Part shown: piece by piece, positions 27,163-36,900 of the stretch
Layout of the letters: each line of letters starts with the position of its first letter
Position numbering within the stretch: the stretch's first letter is position 1
From: a virus
Lineage: Duplodnaviria > Caudoviricetes
Reading direction: 5' to 3' (one strand)
Virus record (IMG/VR): IMGVR_UViG_3300036832_001498
Span: 1,924-65,923 of that record
Length of the DNA stretch: 64,000 nucleotides
Notes under the pieces: model-generated
Told to the model about the DNA's origin: nothing
Databases searched by the model: none
Seen by the model: the letters and a program-made list of their open reading frames with translations, nothing else
Translations under genes and position numbers: made by a program

Positions 27163-30100
27163 ATGATTCATTCTCTCTGTCCCTTCCAGTCTCCTGACGG
27201 CATCGACTACGTGCTGTACTGGATCGATCTGGTGCCGCAGGCGCTGAATCTTTCCAATCACGTCGTGGTCACGCCTGCAGTGAACGGCGCACCGGTGACT
27301 TCGTCCGACCGCTGGAACTACGCGCTCGGGCGCACCGGATTTCTCTACGCCTGCAACGGCAGCGACAAGAAATTCTTCGATGGGCTGGTGTGGCGCGAGT
27401 ACGGCCTGCCCGCCCTGACCGAAGCTGAAGTCGAAGGCATCACCTTCTCGCTCGGCACTGCCGGGCTCAGCGACGCGCAGGTGGGCGCAGTGACGCTGGC
27501 CATGGGCGGAGCCTCTGCTCCCTACCTCACCGGCGCGAGTCCGACCACCTGCGTCGATCTGAATTTCTGGAACATGCCGCACGACATGAACGGCGCGTTC
27601 GGCTACTTCAACGCGGCTGATCCCAACATCGGTTCCAGTCCTGCAGTTCCGGCTGCGGCGCATACCACCACCGGCGACAGCTTGATGTTCAACCCGCGCT
27701 CCATGAATCAGCATCCGCTGGAGATGACCAACTACGACGGCAGCGGAGTGAACGATGGCACCTACCCACATCCGTGGCCTGCCATGCCCACCCAGTTCTG
27801 GCTGATGGCTGCAGCCTCGACACTGGTCATTCCCGCCGAAGGCAACTACACCATGCTGGTCGAGCACGATGATGGCTTCTTCTTCGGCATCGACAGCAGC
27901 GCGGCTCTGATCTCCGGGCCCACGGTCGACGGCTTCATCCACACCATCACCGCGCTCAATTCCTATCCCGTGATCGGCGCGAACAATGTCAGCGGGCATG
28001 CGACCGACACCTTCATCATTTACTTCCCGGCAGCGGGCAACTACAACATCGAGTTCAACTACGCCCAGTGGTACACCGGCCAGCGCCTGACGGTGAAGAT
28101 CGACAACTCGGAAGTGCGCAACGTGGTGCCCATCACTCCCGGATCATCGACCGCCGACAGCATCGGGCGTGATGTGTACTGCGTGCTCTTCGATGAAGAT
28201 GCGGATGTGAGCGCGGATCCGGATGTGGCCCTCTCTCCGCCCGCATTTCTGGGGCGCGTGATTTTCCCCGCAGGCGAGCAGCTGCTGGTGACCGGGCTGC
28301 CCGACTTCACCGGCACCAGTGTGCCGCCTGCAGTTGCCACCAAGCATCTCGACAAGCTGATTGCCATGACCGGCGACGGCGATGTCACTTCGCGCTTCGC
28401 TGTCGATCACAATCTGGGATGCGTTTCAGTCACCGGCTCGCCGGGATCGTCAACCGTCACCACATCAGGATCCGGGGCTGATGTGGCTGCTGGCGACATC
28501 GTGGGTTTTGCGGGCACCGGAGATCCCACGCTCGATGGCAACCTCTACCAGGCGCAGTCGGTCCCGGGTGCGCATCAGTTCACCATCAAATCGATCCCGG
28601 GTGTGCAGACCGGGCTGGTTGTCACCGGCACCGTGAGCGTGCTCTATCGCGCCACCTTTGATCAGACCTCGATGCCGCCCATCAACAACCTGCTCTTCTT
28701 TGGGGGATCGAGCGTTGACACCACCGGCGAGATCGGGATCGCGGGCTCGACCGTGGACACTGCGGATCGCGGCTACCAGTTTTACGCCTGCATCTACAAC
28801 CCGCTGACTGGCCACATCGGCAATCGCATCGCCATCGGCAATCGTGTGATTCCCACAGGACGAACTTCGATCACTCTCGGCAACCTGCCGCAGGTGACGC
28901 TGCGCGATCCCGAGTGGCAGCTGCTGATCGGACGCACCGGCGACGGCGGCGAGGTGCCCTACGCCATCATGCATGCCAATGGCGAATGGCTCACCACCGA
29001 TCAGACCACGCTGAAGATCACCGCATCACAGATCGACGGCGCAGCCGAGCTGCCCATCAACAACGATGAGCCTCCGGCCTTCAACCTGCTGTGGCGTGAA
29101 GGCGACCGCATCTGTGGGGTGAAGTTCGCTGCCGGGCTGCGTGCAACTGTGTGGAGGAGCGGCTCGGAAGCGGATGCCATGACCGGGGACTTCATGGGAG
29201 ACCCCGGCCAGGCGTGGAGTCCCTCGAAGATTGAAACCTTTCCCACGGCGCAGGCCATCGTCGGCGGCTTCGGCTACGACGGCTCCAGCTGGGTCTACAC
29301 CGCGAATGATTTCGCCGAACTGAGCGAACTCACCGGCGAGACCCTGTGGAACGGACCATGGAACGCAGGCATCGCGGGAGCGCATGCTTTCACTCGCGGC
29401 TGGAAGAATCTTCCCTTCTGGCTCTCGCAGGACAAGCAGCTGATGGTGATGATGCCCAACGCCGATCAGACCGAGGGCATTCCCATCTCCAACGAATACG
29501 AAGCGGCGCTGCTCTCGAAGATCGCCGATCCCTACCTCTCGTTCACCGAGGTGCTGTATTTCCGCGCTCCTGAAAAGCAGCTTGACCTGCTGCGCATCAA
29601 GGGCCTCGATCTTTTCCGCAGACCCTTCACCATCATTCACGATTTCAATTTGCGCGATGAGCGCTCGCCCTACGGACAGGGCTATGAGGAAGTCTTCGCG
29701 GGCGAACTGGCGCAGGACTTCACTCACGAAATTGTCCGCGATGGCAATGGACATCAACGTGTGTGGGCAGGCGACACACTCGATCAGCTCTACCAGCTCT
29801 ATGACGGCGACAACGACAACAGCAACGAGTTCACTGCCGATGCACTGGCGCTGGTCTACATCGGACCCAACCGCACAGCGGTGCAGTTCGTCGACTACTA
29901 CGGAGACGAGAACGTGGAGTGGTTTGTGGCGGATCAGCTCAACGCTCAACCCAATCCTTTGCTCATGGAAGATCTGAGCGAGAATGTGCAGCTGGTTCCC
30001 GGGCAGGATTCCGATTCGCACTACCAGATCTCGCTCAACCGTCCCGAGCTGATCCACGCCTATCTGTGGTTTCGCCTGGAGTCACATTCCGCCGACGGCA

Positions 30101-30195
30101 CGACGGCGCTGAACGATCCACCGCACATGCCGGTCGAGACCTACGGACGCGTGCTCATGGTGTCGCCGCTGATGGGAACTACTGCAGGCCGATGA
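27163..30195 (+). CDS. Nozzle / tail tubular B-like beta-propeller protein with inserted PA14-like domain
   Basis: About 1010 aa beta-rich; YTMLVEHDDGF...GNYNIEFNYAQ (PA14-like); position before ejection genes. Confidence 0.6.
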   Translation: MIHSLCPFQSPDGIDYVLYWIDLVPQALNLSNHVVVTPAVNGAPVTSSDRWNYALGRTGFLYACNGSDKKFFDGLVWREYGLPALTEAEVEGITFSLGTAGLSDAQVGAVTLAMGGASAPYLTGASPTTCVDLNFWNMPHDMNGAFGYFNAADPNIGSSPAVPAAAHTTTGDSLMFNPRSMNQHPLEMTNYDGSGVNDGTYPHPWPAMPTQFWLMAAASTLVIPAEGNYTMLVEHDDGFFFGIDSSAALISGPTVDGFIHTITALNSYPVIGANNVSGHATDTFIIYFPAAGNYNIEFNYAQWYTGQRLTVKIDNSEVRNVVPITPGSSTADSIGRDVYCVLFDEDADVSADPDVALSPPAFLGRVIFPAGEQLLVTGLPDFTGTSVPPAVATKHLDKLIAMTGDGDVTSRFAVDHNLGCVSVTGSPGSSTVTTSGSGADVAAGDIVGFAGTGDPTLDGNLYQAQSVPGAHQFTIKSIPGVQTGLVVTGTVSVLYRATFDQTSMPPINNLLFFGGSSVDTTGEIGIAGSTVDTADRGYQFYACIYNPLTGHIGNRIAIGNRVIPTGRTSITLGNLPQVTLRDPEWQLLIGRTGDGGEVPYAIMHANGEWLTTDQTTLKITASQIDGAAELPINNDEPPAFNLLWREGDRICGVKFAAGLRATVWRSGSEADAMTGDFMGDPGQAWSPSKIETFPTAQAIVGGFGYDGSSWVYTANDFAELSELTGETLWNGPWNAGIAGAHAFTRGWKNLPFWLSQDKQLMVMMPNADQTEGIPISNEYEAALLSKIADPYLSFTEVLYFRAPEKQLDLLRIKGLDLFRRPFTIIHDFNLRDERSPYGQGYEEVFAGELAQDFTHEIVRDGNGHQRVWAGDTLDQLYQLYDGDNDNSNEFTADALALVYIGPNRTAVQFVDYYGDENVEWFVADQLNAQPNPLLMEDLSENVQLVPGQDSDSHYQISLNRPELIHAYLWFRLESHSADGTTALNDPPHMPVETYGRVLMVSPLMGTTAGR

Positions 30196-30198
30196 AAG

Positions 30199-30657
30199 AT
30201 GAAAAGCGTTTTGCCACTGCGCATCAACTCGACGGTCAGGCTGCGGCTGCGTAATCGCATCGCAGCCCGGACGCAGGTGACTTCGCACGGCACGCCGCGA
30301 ATTCCCGACGCACCTCGCGGTGTGATCCTGCAGCCTGGTGCGCGGAAGATCCTGCTGAACTGGAGTCTGCCGGTGATCAACAAGAACATCACCGGCTGGC
30401 GGATCTACAAGGACACCGAATCGAATCTCGCCATGGAGATCAAGGACAAGGGCACGCGTCAGATGTTCATGGATGTGACCACCGCCGATGCGCCGCCGGT
30501 GCACAACTTCTTCGTGTGCGCGGTGAATGGATTGATCGAGGGACCGAAGGTGCAGGTTCAGGGCAGCGCCAAGCCGGAAACCGCGCCCACCGATCCCACT
30601 TCACCTCCGGAGTGGACAGTGGAGATGGCGGGAGGAAGGAACCGGAATCTTCGATGA
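30199..30657 (+). CDS. FN3-like domain protein
   Basis: PDAPRGV...LLNWSLP...GWRIYK...FFVCAVNG. Confidence 0.55.
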   Translation: MKSVLPLRINSTVRLRLRNRIAARTQVTSHGTPRIPDAPRGVILQPGARKILLNWSLPVINKNITGWRIYKDTESNLAMEIKDKGTRQMFMDVTTADAPPVHNFFVCAVNGLIEGPKVQVQGSAKPETAPTDPTSPPEWTVEMAGGRNRNLR

Positions 30658-31085
30658 AGGTGCGCGTGTTTCAGGTGCTCTACAAGCCCGATGGCTCGAT
30701 GACGCCGAGCGATCCCGAGCTGTACGAACTCGCGAAGGAGTACGCCGCCAAGCAGCTCTCTGCTCCCTGCGATTTTCTGAACTACAAACATCTCTGGGCA
30801 GCGTGCGAAGTGAACGAAGACGACCGGCCCGTGCGCTGTCTGGGATTGCTGGGCATGGCGCTGGCGGCGGATTTCCCGCTGTTCCGTTTCACCGACAACG
30901 TGGCCTGCAAGAAGCTGGTGGAACGCGCTAACGATTTTCTCCACGATCAGGGCGCAGCTGGAACCACAGCGCTGGTGCGGATCGATCTCGAAGAGACCGG
31001 CGAGATCGCGTGCCCGGATCGCGAGCAGTGGATGCAGGCATTCAAGATCGAGCCCGCCAAGCGGTGGACGATCAAGGTGAGGTGA
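30654..31085 (+). CDS. Hypothetical (position of GNAT-like tail/ejection accessory gene)
   Basis: ATGA coupling; synteny only. Confidence 0.5.
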   Translation: MKVRVFQVLYKPDGSMTPSDPELYELAKEYAAKQLSAPCDFLNYKHLWAACEVNEDDRPVRCLGLLGMALAADFPLFRFTDNVACKKLVERANDFLHDQGAAGTTALVRIDLEETGEIACPDREQWMQAFKIEPAKRWTIKVR

Positions 31086-31088
31086 GTT

Positions 31089-31661
31089 ATGGGAAGCGGA
31101 CCAACGCCACAGCAGACGCAAGCGCAGACCAACCTCGGCTCTCTTGCCGGAACCGGGCAGTCGGAAATGGCCAAGGGCATCACCGCGATGAACAACGCGA
31201 GGGCCCGGGTCTCGCCCTTCTATCAGACGCGCATGAACACCGGCCTGCCCTTCTTTCCTGCGATGACTGATTTCAGTTCGGGCACGAGTGCGCAGGCCTT
31301 CGCTCCGGCTCGCGCCAGTCTGCTCAGGGCCACCAGTCGCTACGGCACGAACATGCCTTCGGGCTATCGCGATTCCATGCTGACGAATCTGGAAGCAGCG
31401 CGAGGCCGCGCTTTCGATCAGTCGCTCACCGGAAACCTCATGATGAACGAGCAGGCGAAGCAAGGCGGAGCGCAGGGGCTGATGAATACCGCCATGTCGA
31501 CCAACCCGATGGCATGGGCCAATTTTGGTGCAGGCACGAATCAGTCGATCATGCAGGCCGACAACATGCGCAAGCCGAACGTGTGGGGAACAGTGGGCGG
31601 ACTCGTCGGGCAGGGGCTGCAGACAGCCGGGCAGCTGGGTTCAGCGGCGATGATGGCCTAG
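31089..31661 (+). CDS. Putative ejection (DNA transfer) protein, P22 gp7-like
   Basis: Gly/Ala/Gln/Met-rich, hydrophobic Gly-rich C-terminus; synteny. Confidence 0.55.
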   Translation: MGSGPTPQQTQAQTNLGSLAGTGQSEMAKGITAMNNARARVSPFYQTRMNTGLPFFPAMTDFSSGTSAQAFAPARASLLRATSRYGTNMPSGYRDSMLTNLEAARGRAFDQSLTGNLMMNEQAKQGGAQGLMNTAMSTNPMAWANFGAGTNQSIMQADNMRKPNVWGTVGGLVGQGLQTAGQLGSAAMMA

Positions 31662-31670
31662 GAGGCGATC

Positions 31671-32006
31671 ATGGGAAAAAGTTTCGCGGAAGGTGGCAGC
31701 GGAGGATTTGATCCTTCGCAGATTGTGCCCGGCACCGGCATGACGGTGGACGAGCTGCAGCGCACCGGCGATTACTCCCGTAGCGATCTCTCCAAGATGG
31801 GAGCCCGCACCACCATGGGTCCGCGAGCGGTCGGCGCTCTGGGCGATATGGCGGGCAATATCGGGAAGGGCCTTCAGACCATGGGCCAGCAGCCGCGACC
31901 AGCTGCGCCGGTGCAGTTTCAGGCTCCGCCCATGCAGCAATTTCAAGCGCCGGATGCGAGCTACCTCTCGCCACGCATCGATCCTCGCGCATTCTTCGGA
32001 GGTTGA
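31671..32006 (+). CDS. Small Gly/Gln-rich ejection-region protein, C-terminus RAFFGG
   Basis: AGGAGG RBS. Confidence 0.6.
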   Translation: MGKSFAEGGSGGFDPSQIVPGTGMTVDELQRTGDYSRSDLSKMGARTTMGPRAVGALGDMAGNIGKGLQTMGQQPRPAAPVQFQAPPMQQFQAPDASYLSPRIDPRAFFGG

Positions 32007-32009
32007 GTC

Positions 32010-33704
32010 ATGGGAATTCTCGATCAACTCGGTGGCTTCGGTTCCGCGATCAAGCAGAAGCTGCAGGATCTCGCGGTCACCAGCGGCGATGTAGTGATCG
32101 ATCCCGATACCGGTCAGCCGACCAAAAGGAAATACGTCGCCGCTACTGCGATCACGCCCGGGCCGAAGCCCACGCCTGAACCGACCGATCCCAACGTCAC
32201 AGCGCCCACGAGCGCCGATGGCCCTCCAGTGCTTCCGAATTCTGCGGTGCCCATGTTCCGACGCCCCGGCTACTCGATGAGTCCGACTGACATCACCGCC
32301 GGGCCCGCGCCCGCGCCTCTACCAGGAGGAGGAGACATTGATCCGGACGCGCAGCTCTATCGCCGTCCGGGCGAAACCATGACCGCGCCGAATCCGGAAA
32401 TTCACAACGCGAATTATTTGCAGCTCACGGCTCGCAGTCCGGTCACCGGCGAGCCCAACCCGGCTGCACTGGGTGGACTCAGCAAGCTGGGGAAGCTGTT
32501 GTTCCTCGGACAAAAAATGGCGGAGGGCGGAATCGTCGGCTCGACGCAGCGCGGACTGGGCCACGGCTACGAAGCAGCGCAGCAGTACGAAAATCAGCAG
32601 GCGCAAATCCGGCAAGGCCTCACCCGGGGCGGGCTGGAAAATCAGACTGCGATGGCGAATCTGCAGTTCATGCCATGGAGACTGCAACAGGAAGCGCTTC
32701 TGCAGCAGGCGCAACTGGGTGAGATCCGTGCGAAGACAGCCGGAGAGCGTTACCAGCTGCCGCGTGGCGGCGGTGTGTTCGACACGCAGGCTCAAGCCTA
32801 CGTGCCGGGAACCGAGCCGCCGGATAAACCCAAAACCGTGAACACCGGCGCAGGGCCGATGCAGTACAACGCAGACACGGGGCGCTACGACATTCCGGTG
32901 GCAGGTGGACCGACGCACGAAGCGCCAGCGCCCAAGACCGTGTCCACCGGCAAAGGGCAGATGATGTACAACAAGGCCTCGGGTCGCTACGACATCCTAG
33001 TGCCGGGTGGCCCGCCGAGGCCAGCCAATGCAGCAACTGCGCTGACGCCGGATCAGGTGAGCAACATTGCGGACGCAATTGAAAGCGGCCTGCAACCTCC
33101 AACACTGCAGGGCCTCTATCGCAACGGTGCACAAATCAGAGCGGAGCTGGCAGCTCGCGGGACCAACCTGTCGAGAATGCAGACCGACTGGACGGCGACG
33201 CAGAAGCACATCGCAACCATGAATGGGCCTCAATTTGAGAAGCTGAAGGAATCGATCACCACTCTCGAAGGACTGCTGCCTGAGGTCGAAAATCTCTACA
33301 ACGAATGGAAGCAGTATCCGCTGGTGAGCGGCTACAAGGCCTTCAATCGTGCAGCACTGCGAGCTGCCATGAATTTGCCGGGACGAGCAGGAGCGGTTGC
33401 ATCCGCGCTGGACAGCAAGATTGCAGATATCACAGCGGATCTTGGCAGTGTCTACATGGGCGGCAACACGCCGACTGAAATGGGTCTGCAGCTTGGCGGG
33501 AAGGCTCTGGCATCTGAGTGGAATGACGAAACGTTCAAGGAAGGACTGAGGCAGGTGAAGCAAAACATTGGGGTCCGAAAGAATTCGATCTTCACTTCGC
33601 AGCCCATCGGCGTGAGTCCGAATTCGCCTTACTTGCCGAGCGCAACGCCGACGCCCACTGGTGGAGCGAAGGATCATTCCGACATCGGCTTCGTGGCGGA
33701 TTAG
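32010..33704 (+). CDS. Putative ejection protein (564 aa)
   Basis: Disordered N-terminus, PKTVxTG.G.M.YN...GRYDI repeats, helical C-terminus; synteny. Confidence 0.55.
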   Translation: MGILDQLGGFGSAIKQKLQDLAVTSGDVVIDPDTGQPTKRKYVAATAITPGPKPTPEPTDPNVTAPTSADGPPVLPNSAVPMFRRPGYSMSPTDITAGPAPAPLPGGGDIDPDAQLYRRPGETMTAPNPEIHNANYLQLTARSPVTGEPNPAALGGLSKLGKLLFLGQKMAEGGIVGSTQRGLGHGYEAAQQYENQQAQIRQGLTRGGLENQTAMANLQFMPWRLQQEALLQQAQLGEIRAKTAGERYQLPRGGGVFDTQAQAYVPGTEPPDKPKTVNTGAGPMQYNADTGRYDIPVAGGPTHEAPAPKTVSTGKGQMMYNKASGRYDILVPGGPPRPANAATALTPDQVSNIADAIESGLQPPTLQGLYRNGAQIRAELAARGTNLSRMQTDWTATQKHIATMNGPQFEKLKESITTLEGLLPEVENLYNEWKQYPLVSGYKAFNRAALRAAMNLPGRAGAVASALDSKIADITADLGSVYMGGNTPTEMGLQLGGKALASEWNDETFKEGLRQVKQNIGVRKNSIFTSQPIGVSPNSPYLPSATPTPTGGAKDHSDIGFVAD

Positions 33705-33874
33705 CTGCGTTTTCGGATTCGATTCCAGATCCAATCGCTGCTGTCGGGATCGCCGCTACTCAGGAAATAAACCACGGCTGTGTCGACCACGACCACAGCG
33801 AATACGACCGGCGCTAAAGCGCAAATGATTTGCACGATGAAGTACGCGACGATCAACGCGATTGATGCATCCAT
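33701..33874 (-). CDS. 57-aa membrane protein antisense to late operon (not in ORF track)
   Basis: GGAGG RBS; MDASIALIVAYFIVQIICALAPVVFAVVVVDTAVVYFLSSGDPDSSDWIWNRIRKRS; upstream TGCTAAACT extended -10. Confidence 0.6.
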   Translation of the reverse strand: MDASIALIVAYFIVQIICALAPVVFAVVVVDTAVVYFLSSGDPDSSDWIWNRIRKRS

Positions 33875-33925
33875 GTTCCGCCTCCGAAACAGCTTCAGTT
33901 TAGCACGCAGTCGAGGGGCTCTCTA

Positions 33926-36900
33926 ATGGCACTATCGGGCGATAACTCCGGCAACCCGCAGCCCGTCGTGACTCCCGATCTCACCGCACCGCCTGATCTC
34001 ACTCAGCCCGGCAAGGGGCCGGAGTTCGCCGCGAAGAATGCGGATCCCAATCGGATCGATGTGGTCATGCCTCCCTCGCCAGACAATCCGAAAGGTTTGA
34101 AGGGCAGCGTTCCCAAAGAGAATCTCCCGGCTGCTCTGCAGCGGGGTTTCAAAGTTGGCGTGCAGGCAGTGTCGCCGGAGGGCAAGTGGGGTGTCCTGCC
34201 TGCCGACAAGGACTCAGTCGCGGAAGCGAAAAAGCGCGGCTTTCATTTTGGTCCCGCTGCGTCACTGGGCGGCATCCGTCCGCCGCAGCCACCCGCGATG
34301 CAAGAGGCACCCTCAGGCGTGCTCGGCTTAATGGCTGAACCGTGGCAGCAGCATTCCGAGCTTTCGCGAGAGGAAGCGCAGCGCCATGCCAATCTCGCTT
34401 ATGGACCGGACGCAGCTCCTGGAGTTTTGGGCGCACCATCTCGGATCTTCCATGCAATCGCTTCGCCGATACAAGAAGCCGAGGCAGCCGCTTCGGGAGT
34501 GGTCGGTGGTTTGACCAGCGATCCCAAGGCGCTGGCTGCCGTGGCGGCGGGCGCTGTAAATCCAGCGATCCCAGCGGCCTATTTCGGAACGCAGGGCGCA
34601 GCCGGGTTGCTTGGACTCGGTGACAGGCCAAGTTCGGTGAAGCAGGCGATCCTACATCCGACGCCAGAAAATGTTCAGCAGGCACTGTTCGATGCGTCGA
34701 TGGCGTTTGGCGCAGCCGGAGAGGGAGTGCGAGGCTTCAAGCCGATTGAAGCAACGCCGGGTGTGCCCGGTTCACCCGTTAACCGTCCGCCCGCTCCTGC
34801 CGAGGGCGCTGCGATGCCTTTACTAAGGGCGGCAAAGCGGGGCGCGATAGATCCGTTGCTGCAGGGTGTGCGCGGGATCTATGACCCAGCAGCGCTGACT
34901 CCGACTGAAGCCGCGACCAAAGCGTTTCGCCCGAGAAACTCCAAAGCTAACTGGCAGGCTGAAATTCAATCCTCGCTTCCGCATATGCGCCGCGCCGCCG
35001 ATGACCTGGGCATTGATCCGGAAAACATGACGATGGAGGAGGGCATTCAGGCAACGCAGAAAGCAGCTGTTGACAAGTGGATGGAGTACAAGCGCAACTT
35101 CCTCGGGCCGAATGCGGATGTGGTAGTTGATGCCAGCCCGGTGGCCGCCGCCATTCGCGACAAGATCACAGATCGCATGCGCGAACAGAATCCGGAACTC
35201 GCCGCGAAGATCGAGGCCGTGGCCAAGACCTATGACGGTCGCTCGCTCACCATGGCGCAGCTGCAGCAGCGCGTCTCTGAACTGAACAACGAAATGCGTG
35301 CTACGGAGGCGAAGTTCGTCGGCGACAAGCGAGCTGCGAAACTCAGCCCCAAGAATGCTTACAAGTTTGCCGAGCGCGACACCATGCGCGGGATCATGGA
35401 CGACCGCATGAATCAGCTGAGTGGTCCCGGTGCCGCTCAGATGCGCAAGGACTATGGCGCTCTTCGCTCCGTGGAAGATGTGATGCAGCGCCGCATCAAT
35501 GTTGTGGATCGAGCGGCCCGCGAACCGCTGGCGGCGATGATGGCGAAGATCTATGCCGCCGGTCACATCGTTACCGGTCTTGCCACTGCGAATCCGTGGA
35601 GCGTCTTAAAGGGCGCAACGGCGCTGGCGGCAGAACGTCGCATGCGGTTGCAGCAGGATCCGGATTACCTCACGCAGCTGGCGTTTAAGAACACCAAGCC
35701 CAGCACGCCGATGGAGCCGGAGCCGCCCCCGCAGGGACAGCTGCCGTTCGGCCCGAGCACGCTCTGGGACATCAACCAGACTCCGGCCCCAGAGCCGATT
35801 CAGCCTCCGCTGGCGCTTCCCCCGGGGCAGTACGAGCAGCCGCCCAGCCCTCTGGGCCCGATCTTCCGCTCCCGTCAGCCCCAGCTGGGCAAGGGTGCCG
35901 AGCCGCCGGTGATCCCGCCTTCGAGGCAGCTGGGCCCGGCCAGACCGCACCAGCTCGGGCCGGTGCCAGAACCCCCGGTAAACCCCCTTTTCCCGCGCCT
36001 AGGACGCCGCCAGGGCGTCGCGGAGGCTCCGGGTGGACCTCAGGGGGCAGCCCCAGCGTCTTTACAAAACGTTCCTATAGGAACACTCCCCAAGGATCTG
36101 AAGTCCATGCCGCTGGGCGAGCCCACCACGGTCGGCGGCAGGGCCACGGTCGAGACCGCCAAGGCCGACAACATGTTCTGGGAGCAGGCCAAGCAGGCTC
36201 TGGGACCGAAGGCCACCTTCTCCGAGATCAGCTCCAAGGCTTTGCAGCTGAAAGCTGATGCACTGCGTGAGCGTGGGCCTTCCCCCAGCGGTCGACCTCA
36301 GCCCTTTGAGACGACCACCGGCGCAATGCAGACCATTGAGAATGATCCCAACCTGCCGGTCCACCCGGGCCGGAAACCTCCGCAGGGCACCATCGAGAAC
36401 ATCCCGCCCTTCAGCGGCACCGGCGATCTGGAAGCTCGCCCGCTGGCGATTGGTCCGCCGGGGCCGGAAAGTCCGCAGATGGATCTCGGATTCGGACTGC
36501 CGCGCCGGGCTGGGCAGTTCTTCTCGAAGGCCGAGCAGATCGCCGAAGCCAAGCTGCCGAAGTCCGGAACCGGCGACAGTTTCTTGGCCACGCTGCGCAA
36601 CAACGGAGTCAAGGCTGAGGAAATCTCTGATCTCGGGCTGGATGAATTCGCGGGCAAGCCGAAGGTGACCAAGCAGGAATTTCTGGACGCGGTGCAGAGC
36701 CGCAGGCCTGAGCTTTCGCAGACAGTGCTCGCTGGCGATGACGCCAGATTTGAGAAGTACGCCACCCCGGGCGGCGAGAACTACCGCGAGATTCTCACAC
36801 ATTTTCCACAGAGCGACGCGGCAGCGGCGGCGGAATCGTTCAAGCAAGAAGCCGATGCGCGAGAGCGCGAGATGAACGATGAAATTGATCGGCACAACAA

